Shown piece by piece: positions 15,396 through 32,267 of a stretch of 64,000 nucleotides of DNA. Below the pieces are notes generated by a model. It had not been told where the DNA came from. It saw only the letters and a list, made by a program, of their open reading frames with translations, and did no database searches. This stretch comes from the human T2T-CHM13v2.0 reference genome, Homo sapiens. Within the stretch, counting starts at the first letter, position 1; each line of letters starts with the position of its first letter. The stretch is from assembly GCF_009914755.1 (NCBI RefSeq), contig NC_060925.1; one strand, 5' to 3'. Made by a program: the position numbers and the translations under genes.

Positions 15396-17503
15396 GAACT
15401 ATTAAAGGGAATTTTTAAGTCAAAAGGAAAATGATCCCAAAGGGAAGTACATGAATGTGAAGAGCAGAGAAAATACAAATATGTGGGTAAACCTAAATAA
15501 ATAGGTACAATATATATGTTGGGGTTTCAAATATAAATGGAACTAAAATATATGACAGCAATGAAAAAAAAAGGTAGAAATTGGGTAAATGGGAATTGGC
15601 AAAATATAAATTTACCAAGGATACATGTGGTAATTGCCAGGGGAACACATAAAAGAAGATAAAATTGGGAGGTATGATTTAAAATATTCCATTAATCGAA
15701 GAAGAAGCAAGAAATGAGAGAAAAACAACACAAAATGAGCAAAACAAATATAAAACAAGTAGTAACATCATTACATGTTAACTGATTAAAAAACAAAATC
15801 TAATTATATTCTACTGAACAGTAAACATACCATATGCTTATAGAAAGCTAAAACGAAAAGGACAGAATAAGATATTTAATGAAAATACTAATAAAAAAGA
15901 GCTGGAGTAGTTCCACTAATATCAGATTAAGGAAAATTTAAATCAAAAAACACTATAGAGATCATGGGAACACTCCATAATAGCGAATGAGTTAATCACC
16001 AGGAAGATATAATAACTGTACATTTGTTATCAGCAAAAACTGAAAGAAATAAAGAAATCCTCCCTCAGGAAATGACAGTAAGGATATGGAAGATTTAAAC
16101 AAGATTTTGAACTTGACCTAACTGATATTTACAGAACACTGCAGAGCAAATTTCAAAGGATTCTAATCACATAGAGTATGCGTTCTAACCACTTTTAAAT
16201 TACATTATAACTCAATAAGAAAAACTAGAAAATTTTCTAAATGTTTAGAAATTTTTTTAATGAACTTTAAATTCATAGATCAAAAACAAAAATTTAAAAT
16301 CACACTGTATTTTAAGCAAAAAATATATACATATATATGACATACCAAAATATGTCTGCTATAGCTAAAAATGCTTAGAGGAAAACATATAGCCTTAAAC
16401 ACAGGTTTGAAAAGAAGGGCTAGATATCAATGCTATTTTGAAAAATCAGAAAAAGAATAGCAAGATAAAACCAAAGAAAATATTATAAAGTGCAGAAATT
16501 AAAGAACCAGAAAACAAATCTACAATAACAAAATTCAAAAGGCCAAAAGTTAATTCATGGAAAAGATAATAAACTGATAAACCCCTAGCAAGAAAAATAA
16601 AAAGAGAGAGAAATGATCAATACAGTAACAAGTTTTAAAAATTAGATGAAATGGATAAACCTAGCAAAACTAATACATACACAGAACAAGTCATTTTATT
16701 TCCATTAAAGAAATTAAACATTATTTAAAACTTTTTCACTAGCAACCTCTGGTCTCAGAGGCTTCACCAGTTAAATCTTGTAAGCATATCAGGAAAAAAA
16801 TAATAACAATCTTCACTAACTCTTCTGGAGAATACTAAAGGAGGGAACATTTCCCTCTTCTTGTAAGACCAGTATAACCAAGATACCAAAATCTGATCAG
16901 AACATTCGAAGTAGGAAAATTACAGGCCAATTTATCTGAAGAACACAGGTGCAAAGATCCTATCAACACACAAAAAGCACATGAAGTCCGTTGGTACATA
17001 TAAAGGGGGTAACATATCACAAGTCAGTTGGGCTTATTTTAGGAATGCAAAGATTGTTTAACATCTGAAAATATAACAGCATAATTCAACACATTAACAA
17101 AGTAAAGGAGAAAAACCATGAGTGTCCCAAAAGATGCAGATAAAGTATTAATAAAATTCAACAAAATTCCTATTTGAAAAGTATAACAAGGTATAAGATC
17201 AATAAAATTAAATTCTACTTCTAACTACTACCAAGAAAACAATTAAGAAATGAAATTTCACAAACAATTCTAATTAAAATAATATCAAGACTATCACATA
17301 TCCAGGAATAAATCTGCTGAAAGATGTGGAGGTCTTCTATACTGAATGAACACTACAAAACGGTATTGAGATAAATTTATAAAGCCCTAAATAAATGGAA
17401 GAATATACCACGTCTATGGATTAGGTGACTCAGTAGTATTGTTAAAATGCCAATTGTCTGCAAACTGATCTCCAGTTTCAATACAAACTTTACCCAAATT
17501 CCT

Positions 17504-17624
17504 GGAAAAAAGAGAGAGAGAGAGGAGACAAGAGAAGAGAGAGGAGAGAGAGAGGAGGGAGAGAGAGAAAGAGAGCGAGAGAGAGAGCGAGAGAGAGCGC
17601 GCGCGCGTGCGCGTGCATGTGTAT
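17504..17624. repeat. Polypurine (GA)n tract followed by a (GC)n/(GT)n alternating tract
   Basis: Seen directly. Confidence 0.95.
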
Positions 17625-17678
17625 CTTTACAAGTGAGTCGAAATTGAAAAACTGATTCTAAAATACTATGAAAATATC

Positions 17679-18001
<323 letters not shown>

Positions 18002-18396
18002 CTATGAAAATATCAGGGGAGGAGAGATGGGAGAGGGGGAGAAAAAGGAAGTCAGAGTATATACACTACCAGGTATCAAGATTCCTTATAAACTAGAATA
18101 AGACAGACCAACAGAACAAAAGAAGAGTCTAGAAACACACTCATATTTACATTGACATATGAAGTACATGTGAAAACATGATCTTAGAAAAAATTCCCAG
18201 TAGAAATATTTCATTCAACACTTTATTTTCTGAGCTATTATATCAATCACAACAGCACAATCAATCACATCAATCACAACTTAACAAATATTGTTTAACA
18301 AGTAACAAGTAACAATACTTGTTAAATTCTCTCACAATTGTGTTCAACAGCTTCCAAAATAATTAGCAGACCTTCTATCAAATCTTAATCTCTTAC

Positions 18397-18488
18397 CTCC
18401 CCAAAAGCTCCTCGACCAATCACCTTTAATATTTCAAAGTCTTCTCTATGTAATCGCATTTGTTTCACTTTAGAAGTAAATGGTTTAG
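18397..18488 (-). CDS. CDC42BPA: CDC42BPA (MRCK-alpha Ser/Thr kinase) coding exon 2, start of kinase domain including the GxGxxG loop
   Basis: Minus strand reads ctttcatttcag|CT AAA CCA TTT ... GGT CGA GGA GCT TTT GGG GAG|gtaaga, translating to (A)[30 protein letters not shown]. This matches MRCK-alpha residues ~60-90 as recalled. 92 nt, canonical AG/GT, phase 1 to phase 0. Confidence 0.97.
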
Positions 18489-19829
18489 CTGAAATGAAAG
18501 AGCAATATCAATTATTTTCTTAATAAAATGTGATGCAAATTAGATATAAATAATGGTGTTTCTTAGTTACACAAAAATTCAAATTATGATTTAAGAATTG
18601 TCAAAATATTTAAAAATCCCAAACTATATGAGAATAAACAGATTTAATTTCCCTAAGAAAACAATATATTTTCTTTTATTTCTTACATATGAATTACATT
18701 TTTGGTGAGAAATGTATGTTTAAACTCCAAATAACATATAAAAGAATGCAAAGCAAGGGGGATGTAAAAATGAGACCAGTTTTAACATTCTATCAGCATT
18801 AAATATATATTTTAACACAAAGATATAAAAAATAAAAGCAGATTTCATGGCACCAGAGAGCTCTTCAGCAATTCCCACCAAGTAAACTCATGTTTCTTTC
18901 ACGCTCATTCATTTGTTCCTTTAAAATGCGTTAGCAAACGTCTACAGTATACAAAGCATGGTGGCAATGACTGGAGTTTTTAAAAATTTGATTATGATAT
19001 GATACTTTCCTTCAAGAAACTCTTAGTCTTCATTCAAGAAAGACAAGTATGCATATATGCAGACACAAAATTTAATAATGTGATAAAGTTTTAAGTGCTT
19101 CAGAATTAGTGAGAATAGAACACTAATTATGTGGATACTAATGCTTCACACAAAGGAGATAACAGATAAATTGAACCTTGAGGACTAAATAGAATCTTGC
19201 TGCTTTGCCTGGGTTTGACAATGTAGATATTCCAGGCAAGAGGGAACAATATAAGCAAATGAAGAGAGGCGAGGAAGTGAATTTGGGGTGTTAATGGTAA
19301 ATAATCCATGGTAAAGAATTGTGAGAAGAAATGCAAAGAAATAAGAGCTAGAAAATGGAAAAGGCTTTGAATTTCATTAAAGGAATTTAGATGTAATCTT
19401 ATTAATAATTTTAACTGGTAAATTAAAAATGTTTAATGATTAGAGCAATTACATATTCTGCTGCCTCTAAGAGAAGTTTAAACGTGTCTCCTTTCCTCTC
19501 CTCAGGTCCCTCTTTATTCTAACACAAAAAGGAACTGATATGATTAAAGGATCATAATACATGGGTGTAGCTGTCTTCTCTCTTCCTTCCATGGAGCCAG
19601 AGTGTGATAAGATCAAAGATACATATTTGAGCATTAGGGGAGTGAAACAGATAGGTCATACAGTTTGCTCTGATCTAAAAGTATGCATTTAGCTCTAACT
19701 AGCTTCGAAAACGGGTATTCCACACTGCTTAGTCAAGTCCACTAGGGATTTCTGTATTTGTGTTTTGTAAGGAAAGGAAAGAGAGAGAGGATTTCTATCT
19801 GGAATTGACACAACAGAGAAGAGAAAGAG

Positions 19830-19995
19830 AAAAAAATTAGCTGAACGTGGTGGCATATGCCTGTAGTCCTTAGCTACACAGGAGGCTAAGGCAGGAGGAT
19901 AACTTGAGCCCAGGTATTCGAGGCTGCAATGAGTCATGATCATACCACTGCACTCCTGCCTGGGCAAAACAGCAAGATCCTGTCTCTTAAAAAGC
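19830..19995 (+). mobile_element. Alu right monomer (FRAM/AluJ)
   Basis: aaaattagctg... right arm only. Confidence 0.85.
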
Positions 19996-20009
19996 AGTAA
20001 TAAAAGAAT

Positions 20010-21280
20010 TAATAATAATAAAATTCCATTTGCAACAGCATCCAAAAGAATAAAGTACTTAAAGATAAATTTAACCAATGAGGTGAAAGACTTGTACATT
20101 GGAAACTACAGAATATTGCTGATAAAAATTAAAGAAGACTTAAATAAATGAAAAGACATCCAGTATTCTAGATTGGAAGAAGACTTAATATTGTTAATAT
20201 GACAATGTTACCCAAAGCAATCCACAGATTCAAAGCAATCCCTATCAAAATTACAATGGCATTACAGAAATAGAAAAACTCATCCTAAAATTCATATGGA
20301 GAGAGAGAAAAGACAACCCATAGAATGGGAAAAGTATTTGCAAATCATGTATCTACTAAGGAATTAATACCAGAATATACAAAGAACTCCTACAAGTCAA
20401 CAACAAAAAACCCCAATTCAAAAATGGGCAAAAGTTTTAATAAACATTTCTCCAAAGAAGATAAATAAAAATGAAAAAAGAATGAGTTCATGTCCTTTGC
20501 AGGGACATGGATGAAGCTGGAAACCATCATTCTCAACAAACTAACACAGGAACAGAAAACCAAATACCACATGTTCTCACTCATAAGTGGGAGATGAACA
20601 ATGAGAACATACATGGACACAGGGAGGGGCACATCACACACTGGGGCCTGTTGGGGTGGGGGCCAAGAGGAGGGAAAGCATTAGATAAATAACTAATGCA
20701 CGCGGGGCTTAAAACACAGATGACAGGTTGATAGGTGTAGCAAACCACCATGGCACATGTATACCTATGTAACAAACCTGCATGTTCTGCACATGTATCC
20801 CAGAACTTAAAAGTAAAATAATATATATATGAAGATATATAAAAATGGCCAAAACACATATGAAAAGATACTCAACATCACTAATCATTAAGGAAATGAA
20901 AACCAAAACCACAATGAGATACCACTTCACAACCTCTACAATAGCTGAATTTTTTAAATTAATTAAATAAAACAGAAAATAACAAGTGATGAAGAGGATG
21001 TGGAGAAACTGGAACCCTCATTCATTGCTAGAGGGGATATAAAATGTTACTGCTGCTTTGTAAAACAGTTGGGTAGTTCCTCAAAAAGCTAAACATAGAT
21101 TTACCAACATATCCCAGCAATTCCATTCCTATGTACCCAAGAGAATCAAAAGAAGAGATTCAAACAGATATCTGTACAATGATGTTCATGACAGCATTAT
21201 TCGCAGTAGCCAAAAGGTGGAAATTATCCAAATGTCCATCAAGAGATGAACAGATAAACAAAATGTGATATATATATACA

Positions 21281-21326
<46 letters not shown>

Positions 21327-21710
21327 AGTATGTTAAGCAGCTTTAAAATGAAGTTAAGGTCTGATACGTGCTATAATGTGGATAAATCTTGAAAACATGC
21401 TAAGTAAAGTAAGACAGGCATTAAAAGGCAAATATATTATGTCACTTAAATGAAATATCTAGAATAGGCAAATTCATAGAGACAGAAAGTAGATTAAAGG
21501 TTACTAAGGGCTGGGGGACAGGAGAATGAAAACTTATGGCTTAATGGTTACAGAATTTCTCTTTGGATAATGAAAAAGTTTTAGAGACAGCTATGTGATG
21601 GTTGTTACATAATATTATAAATATAATTTAATGCCACTGAATTGTACATGTAAAAGTGGTCAAAATGGCAAATTTTGTTATATGTATTTTACCACAATTT
21701 TTAAAAATTA
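20010..21710 (+). mobile_element. L1MB-like ORF2/3' end, with a nested L1PA and (CA)n at ~21283-21325
   Basis: L1MB 3' UTR motifs (gacagaaagtagatt...gccactgaattgtaca). Confidence 0.8.
20474..20825 (+). mobile_element. L1PA7-10-like 3' end
   Basis: gagttcatgtcctttgcagggacatgg...gtatcccagaacttaaa; TSD-like gaagata.ataaaa. Confidence 0.88.
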
Positions 21711-21809
21711 GTAAGATATCAAAACCACTGAATTGTATACTTCAAACAGGTGAATTGTTTGGTATGTCAATCATGTCAGTAAAGCTGTTTTAAAACAAAA
21801 TAGGAAGAT

Positions 21810-22165
<356 letters not shown>

Positions 22166-22223
22166 TTACACACAAGTTTGACAAGGTGGGAGATACATAC
22201 AGACCTACTAGAACTAAAAATGG

Positions 22224-22529
22224 GGCCGGGTGTGGTGGTTCACGCCTGTATCCCAATACTTTGGGAGGCCAAAGCAGACGGATTGCTTGAGTCTAAGAGT
22301 TCAAGACCAGCGTGGGCAACGTGGCAAAACTCTGTCTCTACAAAAATACAAATATAAAAATCGGCCAGACACGGTGGCTTGTGCCTGCAGTCCCAGCTAC
22401 TCAGGAGACTGAAGTGGGAGGGCCACTTTAGCCCAGGAGATGAAGGCTGCAGTAAGCTTAGAGGGCGCCACTACACTCCAGCCTGGGCAACAGGGTGAAA
22501 CCCTGTCCGGGAAAAAAAAAAAAAAAAAA
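22224..22529 (+). mobile_element. AluJ
   Basis: TSD agaact(a/g)aaaatggg. Confidence 0.9.
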
Positions 22530-23433
22530 GAACTGAAAATGGGAGCCTGACTATCCCCCCAAATAATTGTAACACCAGTCTTCTATACTTAAAAGCAGTT
22601 TTGATTTCTACTATATCACAAAATCACAAAACAAAGGCATCCTTAAACCGAAACCTAGCTCCCCCACCCAGACTAAATCAGAAATTCAGAAAAAGTGTGC
22701 TGCAGAGCTGACACTTCAGGTAAATTATACCTATTGACTATTCTAATTTGGGGTAAATATGAACACAGAACAATAAATATTAACAATATTAAGTGTCTAT
22801 ACAGGGGTATACAGTTATCTTGTCATATGATGATACCCTAAGTAGTATAAAGAAAATGAATCAAAACAAAGCTAAGGGTTATACAAATCATTACTGAGCA
22901 CTCCATTCATAATGTCTGGGATAATTTAAAAGATGCCTTAACAAGTTATAGCTGAGAGTTCAGAAATTCAATGATAGAACCAAAAGAATCATGTATCAAT
23001 TACTTGAATATTTCTTATTTCTATGCTGCATTTGAAAAAAAACTGATTATACGTTCAACTTATTCCTGAAAAAAGTTCATTAGCAATATTTAACAAAAGT
23101 GCTTTTATACAAAGATATGTTCTTAAAAATTATATCCACCAAAAAGTTCATTTCAAGCACACTCTATGATTAAAATAATTTTGAATATAAAAGACAAATT
23201 GCAAAAGACTTTATATTCATTACAACAATTGAAAAAGATACAATAATCACTACGCTACTGCCCTTGACAAAAATCAAGGGCATATAAGGGACTAATCAGA
23301 TCTGTTGCGCTGGTAGATAAATGACATGCTATTCTGAATAGATGCTATTAGTGATATTTCACAAAGTACTACATCATCTAATGATAACAATACCTTGACT
23401 TTCTTCAGTGCTGTATACTTAAATGACTTCACT

Positions 23434-23935
23434 TGTGGCACACACTTTCTGAGGTATCTGCCACGCCGCCTCCCTCCCTTTTTCTGAAAATCTCCCCCTC
23501 AGTTCTCAGGGGTGGGCCAAGTGCATATTGTGAGGCCCCATTTAACTGGCCAGTGTTAACTGAACCAATATGGAAATCTGACCTAAGCTGGGGGACAAGT
23601 AATTTCAAACCTAACTCAGAGTCAGTCTCTGCAGATGATTACAAGAATTAACATACAAACTCAGCAAGTGTTGAGGCAAACATCCTACTATGACTCTAAA
23701 AGCAAAAGAGAAAATCAGTTCCACATAATGAAAGAGAAAAACAAAGCAGATGCATAGAGAAAGGCAAAGACAATGAGAAAAGGAAGTGTTCCGATAGCTT
23801 CCTTATTCCCGGTGTTCTGGCGATTCCTGACATTTGATTGCATCCCTGCCTTGTATTTCCCGAACAAGCCTGAATCTTACACTAAATACTTGGTTTTTAG
23901 CTCACAACTAGACACGGTTAGCTTCCAAACTAATA
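23434..23935 (+). mobile_element. Old ERVL/MaLR-type solo LTR (LTR16-like)
   Basis: TGTGGCA start; purine-rich middle; aataca-like end. Confidence 0.45.
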
Positions 23936-24289
23936 CGTAATTTAGTTATCATAAAATCCATAAGGTACATATTATTAACCCTCATTAATATTATAAGGCC
24001 TAAACATAGTATGTGACTTGCTGGCCTAAACTTGACTAGTAAGTCACAGTACTACTATGACACTGCTAGCTCAGAGAAGGACACACCAACTTAGAAGTAA
24101 TAGCTTAGAAGTAATAGTTTTATGTAAATTATGACAACTTGTCCAAACTTCAAGAATGTGATATAAAAATAAACAAAACAGAATCCTTTAATCATTGTCT
24201 TAATGTACTCTAGTTTTAAAAGTACTTCTTGGCAAAACAAAAACAAAAACAAAAAAAATTGATTTGGTACTAAGGACAAACTTTCTGTG

Positions 24290-24490
24290 TGATAATAATA
24301 ATCTTAGCAGGCATTATTTTATTGGGAGCCATCTAAGCCAAGTACCATACTAAGAACTTCCCATTTTACAGAAAAAAAAAAAAAAGGTTTAGAAAGATAA
24401 TATAAATTCCTGAATATTAAATACCTAGTAAGTGGCAAAGACAGGATTAAAACTCAGATCTATCAGGCTCCAAAAGCCTTTCCAACATAA
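24290..24490 (-). mobile_element. MIR
   Basis: cccattttacaga...ctagtaagtggcaaagacaggatt core. Confidence 0.7.
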
Positions 24491-25448
24491 CAAGTTGCCT
24501 CTTTATTCCCAAAAGGTTTGAAATAAATACAGATGCTGAAATTAAGAGATTCAAAAGTGAAATAATTCTAAGTTAAATAAAAAAGATCTCTGAAACTGAA
24601 AAGAACAAAGTATGTTTCTATGTGAGTTCCTAAAACACTGCCTGGGGTTCATTGTTTACTGTTTAATGAACAGATAAATGAATAATTCTAGAAGAAAAAG
24701 AACTCAAAGTTCCAATACAAAATGCCTGGTATACCTTGCAAGGTACATCTTTCTCCCTACTCTGTGTAGCCCAAGATCCAACAACAGAGTCTCCTTCAAT
24801 TCTCCCATCCAACCTCCTTCCTCCCTACAACTACTGGCCAGGTGGTAGGAACATAGATTGCAAGCCACTAGTGATAGCTACCATGGTGTCAGAAAGAAAG
24901 TGTCCAATAGAAAGAGAGAGTGGAAAGGCAGAGGCATAAGTGAGAAGAAAAGATGAGAAATGAAGACAGAGTCTGAAGGAGTAAGATAAGGCCTGGAAGA
25001 GAACAGAGAGTGCTGGAGCAAGAAATTTTAACCTTCCCTTCACCCATTATTTTCCTTCTTCTCTTTCGTCTCGAATTTCTCCAGTGGGTTTCCATTCTAC
25101 CATTCTTCTTCTCCCTTATCTGCAATGGAATAACATAAGAATCTGGAACCAACAGTAGGGCAGGAAAAGAGAATAATCCATGCAAAAGGGAGACTAGAAG
25201 AGAATAGGGAAGAATGAGAAAAGAGTAGTTAATAAAGCCATGTTAAAACTGTTATCAATTATGCCAGGCTCTGTGTCTAAATTCTGTAATACTGTGACTA
25301 TACATTAATGAGTTAAAATATACAAAGAACAAAGTTACAGGTGGTATATTTGAGACTTTTTACAATCACAGACACATGAAGGTTAAAAACAGTATTATTC
25401 ACCTTTAAGCACCAGTATCTTTCATATTAAAATTTTTTAACAGAATAA

Positions 25449-25766
<318 letters not shown>

Positions 25767-27301
25767 TGAGTTATTATTAAACAAAGTTTCAAAATAGTCC
25801 TTGTGCATATATGGGCTTGACAACACAGTAAGCAGTAACACAGACCCACACATACACAAATACACATAGAAATGCTAAATAAAACAAACAACCATGAGAG
25901 ATTTTAAATATACAATCAAACTAATGAAGGAGAAGAAAGGAAGAGAAATCCCCAAGAATTAGAAATAAAGAAAAATAATCAAAACTTTAAACACAGGAAT
26001 AGATGCTGCAAAAGCAAAAGTCCTGGACACAGGCCCTAACAGGTGCCTGTTAGGGATCATTCGATCCACAACGAATGAAGGTATTGCTGGTGGCTTAACA
26101 GAGGTAGAGGACTGGAATGATTACCTCTCATTAAAACCAGGACCCTTTCCCCATGTCAGGGAATAATAAAAATTCTGATTCTTGTCCAGTGAAGCAACCT
26201 AGGGTGTTGGTGGGGGGCAGCATAAGAGGAAAACATGAGGGTTTGGAGTCTGAATCCATACTGCCCATGTGGTAAAGAAATCCTCTGCCAAGAAATTAAT
26301 ATTAAATCTAGTTCCTATCCCACAGAAGCAAAAGCATTCAGAGGGAAAGGAACTCATCCCAGAAAAATCTACCTCAGTCAAAAGTGAGCTCACAATTGAA
26401 AAAAAATTAAACTAAATGAGGAAATAGAACACCAAAATGGGGAAAGTTGGCAATCAAAACAAATGGGAAGATTAGTACCCTCAAGAACTCAAGAGAATAA
26501 TACAATCTGAAAAATACCATGAAGTGGGTAACAATGATTCAAGAGATAGAAGAAATACAAATAATGAAAGAACAGAGATTTGAAAATTAACCAAGTAAAA
26601 CAAGAAATGAAAAATACTGCCACTGAAATGTAATGATATATTAACATGTGCATATAGGACAAAATAATGAATTTTTAAGTCACTGATTTACTTCTCTATG
26701 CTGTTTAAAGTACTCAAACTTAAAAAAAAAATACTCTGAAGCAATAATTGAAAAACAGGGGAAAGTACAGAGAGAGAATCATACACTCCTCCACGAATAG
26801 TTTAAGGCTATGAATTCCTCCCAAGAAAAAGCACATTTACCTCCAATTTTATATATCATGTAAAATGTTGCTAGATGCCTCATAAACTTTGACTAAGAAA
26901 TAATGTTCTAAAGGATACTAAGAATATAGCCATGTATTCTGGCCCTTATTAAGTATAAATTTAAACCAAATTATAGACAATCACAGAAAATATCACTGGT
27001 TAAAAAATCGGCCTTTTAAGTCATAAGATACCCTGAGAATGTTATTTTCACATCCGCAATCCCAGCATCAATAAACTCTACCTCCTGTGACACACTAGAG
27101 GAACAATAAGGAATTAAGATACGGTGTTCTAATTACTGGGTGAACTATAAATATACTACACAGATTTTAAAATATAACTCACCTAAACATTAATCTAACA
27201 CATTCCCATTACTGCAATAAACTTGCAACTTTAATCACAAAGAGTTAATGAAGGTAACAAAGCAGCTACAGATTTTTAACAATTTTTATGAAATCATTTT
27301 T

Positions 27302-27600
27302 GGCTGGGTGCAGTGGCTCATGCCTGTAATCCTAGCACCCTGTGAGGTAGAGGTGGGCAGATCACTTGAGGTCAGTAGTTCAAGACCAGCCTGGCTAACA
27401 TGGTGAAATCTCGTCTCTACTAAAAATACAAAAATTAGCCAGGCATGGTGGCACACGCCTGTAATCCCAGCTACTTGGGAGGCTGAGGCAAGAGAATCAC
27501 TGGAACCCGGGAGCTGAGGCTGCAGAAAGCCAAGATCGTGCCACTGCACTCCAGCCTGGATGACAGAGCAAGACTCTGTCTCAAACAAACAAACAAACAA
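27302..27600 (+). mobile_element. AluSx/Sz
   Basis: Full dimer, (CAAA)n tail, TSD aaatca(t/c)ttt. Confidence 0.92.
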
Positions 27601-27667
27601 AAATCACTTTCTCACACAGAAAAGCTAAAATATTGTAGTTTACATAATATAGTAGTTTATATAATAA

Positions 27668-29541
<1,874 letters not shown>

Positions 29542-29776
29542 AAAGCGTGCTAAAAGTGCACACTTTGGCATCTAACAACCCTGAGGTGTTAGTTTGATTG
29601 CCGCTTAGTAGCTGTGAGACCTTGAGAAGTTATTTAGACACAAAAGGCTTCGTTTCCCTACCTGTACAGGTACCTATACCTCATAACCCTCACAGGGTCA
29701 TGAGGATTTAATAAAACAATTTATGAAAAGTAGTTAAGTACAGTACGTGGGGCATAAAAAAAAGTTTCAAAAATTA

Positions 29777-30020
<244 letters not shown>

Positions 30021-30381
30021 TTACAATTAGAACCTCCCATCTATTTGAACTTGGGTATATTATCCTCTAGACCCTAGTTTCTCCTTCTCTCTGAAACTAG
30101 AAATACTAATACATAATTGTAAAAATAAAACATTTTTAAGTGAATGTTTTTCTTCTAAGGAATGTATTTTTAAAAACTGATGGTCCAAAGAAGGTCCTCG
30201 TTTGAACTCTAACACTTATAAGCATTCAGGAGACAAGAAAATGCATAATAATATCCCAACAAAAATGGCATCTCTTAAACAGAGAAAGAAAAAAACTCAA
30301 GAATTCCGGGGATTAAGTCCGCTTTGTTCACTATTTTAAACCTTGTTACTTTGTAAGTTACTTAAACAAATGAATATCGTA

Positions 30382-30890
30382 TGTGGCAGACTGCCTAGTT
30401 ACCTAACAACTAATCTTCCCTTCTTCCTCATTGACAGACCCTATTTCTGGGTAGTGGCAATTTGTTTTACCCCAGATGATGAATTATAATTGGTATATGC
30501 CAGTATAATTGGTATAAGCCCTTTCCCCTTTTCCATTGTTTGGTCAGGCATCTGTGTGAAACTTGCTTTATATTATTTTGACCAGTAATAGAAAGGGCCT
30601 GAGAGCTTCTAGGGTCTTTCCTTAATGAGTAAGAAGAACAAGGAGAAAGCCCTTTCTCGAATGCTCTCTCTCTACTCTATATATTACTATGATGATACGC
30701 TCTTTTAGGAGCTGTCTTGCAACCATGAAAGGAAAAACAGAAGAGCTTCAGAGACCTGGCAATCTAACACTGACACTGCTGAGCCAGAGAGCCAACCCTG
30801 GGATTGCCTGCCTCAAGACTTATTTAGTAATAAATGTTCTTGTGTTTTCGATCACTGTTAGTTGTATTGTTATGGCCAAGCAAATGCTCT
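30382..30890 (+). mobile_element. MLT1-type MaLR solo LTR (old)
   Basis: tgtggcagac start; gctgtcttgcaaccatga and end-of-LTR motifs. Confidence 0.6.
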
Positions 30891-31907
30891 TAAAAAATAT
30901 TAAGCATGAAGTCAAAATATAATTCTATCCAGTGAAAGATAATCTTACCTGGAAATTTTGCCAAGTTTATCACTAGTTTATAACTTATCTCTGCATCTGT
31001 AAATTGAAACTACACGTTTGTGGCACTTTTTCTCAATTAGGCTATCAGAATAGGACTCATAATCTTCAGATTAACTCCATTTAACAAGCTTGACATTTTA
31101 TGTTTTGCATACCAACTTGTCCAAGACACACAACAAACTATGAAGATAGGTAGCATTACTAGCTTCATTTTAAATGAGGAAACAAAATAATTTAAGTTAT
31201 GTGACCTAAATAGTCCATTTATTTACGTTTTTAAACTAATTTCTGACAATTTTGTTGGCCCTTAAATACTCAAATAAATGAAGGAACTGGGATTTACAAC
31301 CAGATCATCTAGCATACAGTCTTTAGCATGAGATCAGAAAGAGCAGGAAAACATTGGTTTAAAGTTGTTGGGGAAGGCATAAAGAAGTAAAGCTTTAAAT
31401 GTCTATAGAAGGATATTATAAGATTAGGAAAGAAAAGTTAGTCACTCTAACATATCACAAAAAGTTTGGTCCTACTAAGAAAATGCTTAATTTATGCATT
31501 TTTATAACAAAATAGATTTTGTTTCTATAAGCTCCTTCAGCCAAGAATTTGCATTTAGTGTTGAATGATAATTTATGAATGAAATCCCTACTATATCCAA
31601 TTTAGTTCTAATCTGTTACTAAAATACATAACAGAATACATAATTCTACAAAATAAAATCACTTTAGGAATCCAGTGATCTCTTAAAGCTTAGATAAGAT
31701 CATCTACTAGAAGACCTGTGAGAGGGGAAGGAATAGTATTACTATATTTTAATGTTTTAGGAATGTTTGCTGGCCCTTAAGCATTTAAAAAATGTACAAC
31801 CCAATCTATATCATGTCATGTATGTAACTCACATAGATGTTATCAGATAAAAGGTGATAGATGCCTGCTAATGAATATCTATACCCATCAGACAGGCGAT
31901 TTTCCAG

Positions 31908-32267
31908 TGTATTAGTCTGTTTTCACACTTCTATAAAGATACTACCTGAGACTGGGTAATTTATAAACAAAAGAGGTTTAATTGACTTACAGTTCCACAT
32001 GGCTGGGGAGGCTTCAGAAAACTTACAATCATGGCAGAAGGTGAAAAGGGAAGCAAGCACCTTCTTCACAAGGCAGCAGGAGAGCAAGCAAGGGCAATGC
32101 CACTTTTAAAACCATCAAATCTTGTGAGAACTCCCTCACTATCACAAAACAGCATGGGGGAAATTGGCCCCATGATCCAATCACCTCCCACCAGGTCCCT
32201 CCCTCAATACGAGGGGGTAACAATTCGAAATGAGATTCGGGTGGGGACACAGAGCTAAACCATATCA
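31908..32267 (-). mobile_element. THE1D/MSTA MaLR solo LTR
   Basis: tgtattagtctg...aaaccatatca termini, ~360 bp. Confidence 0.9.

Noticed and set aside
18241-18325. Short micro-duplications (atcaatcaca x3, aacaagt repeats) near the exon 2 donor
   Set aside because: Low-complexity slippage, with no evidence of function visible in the sequence.
24012-24048. Hairpin gtgacttgctgg...ctagtaagtcac
   Set aside because: Corresponds to the self-complementary core of a degenerate MIR.
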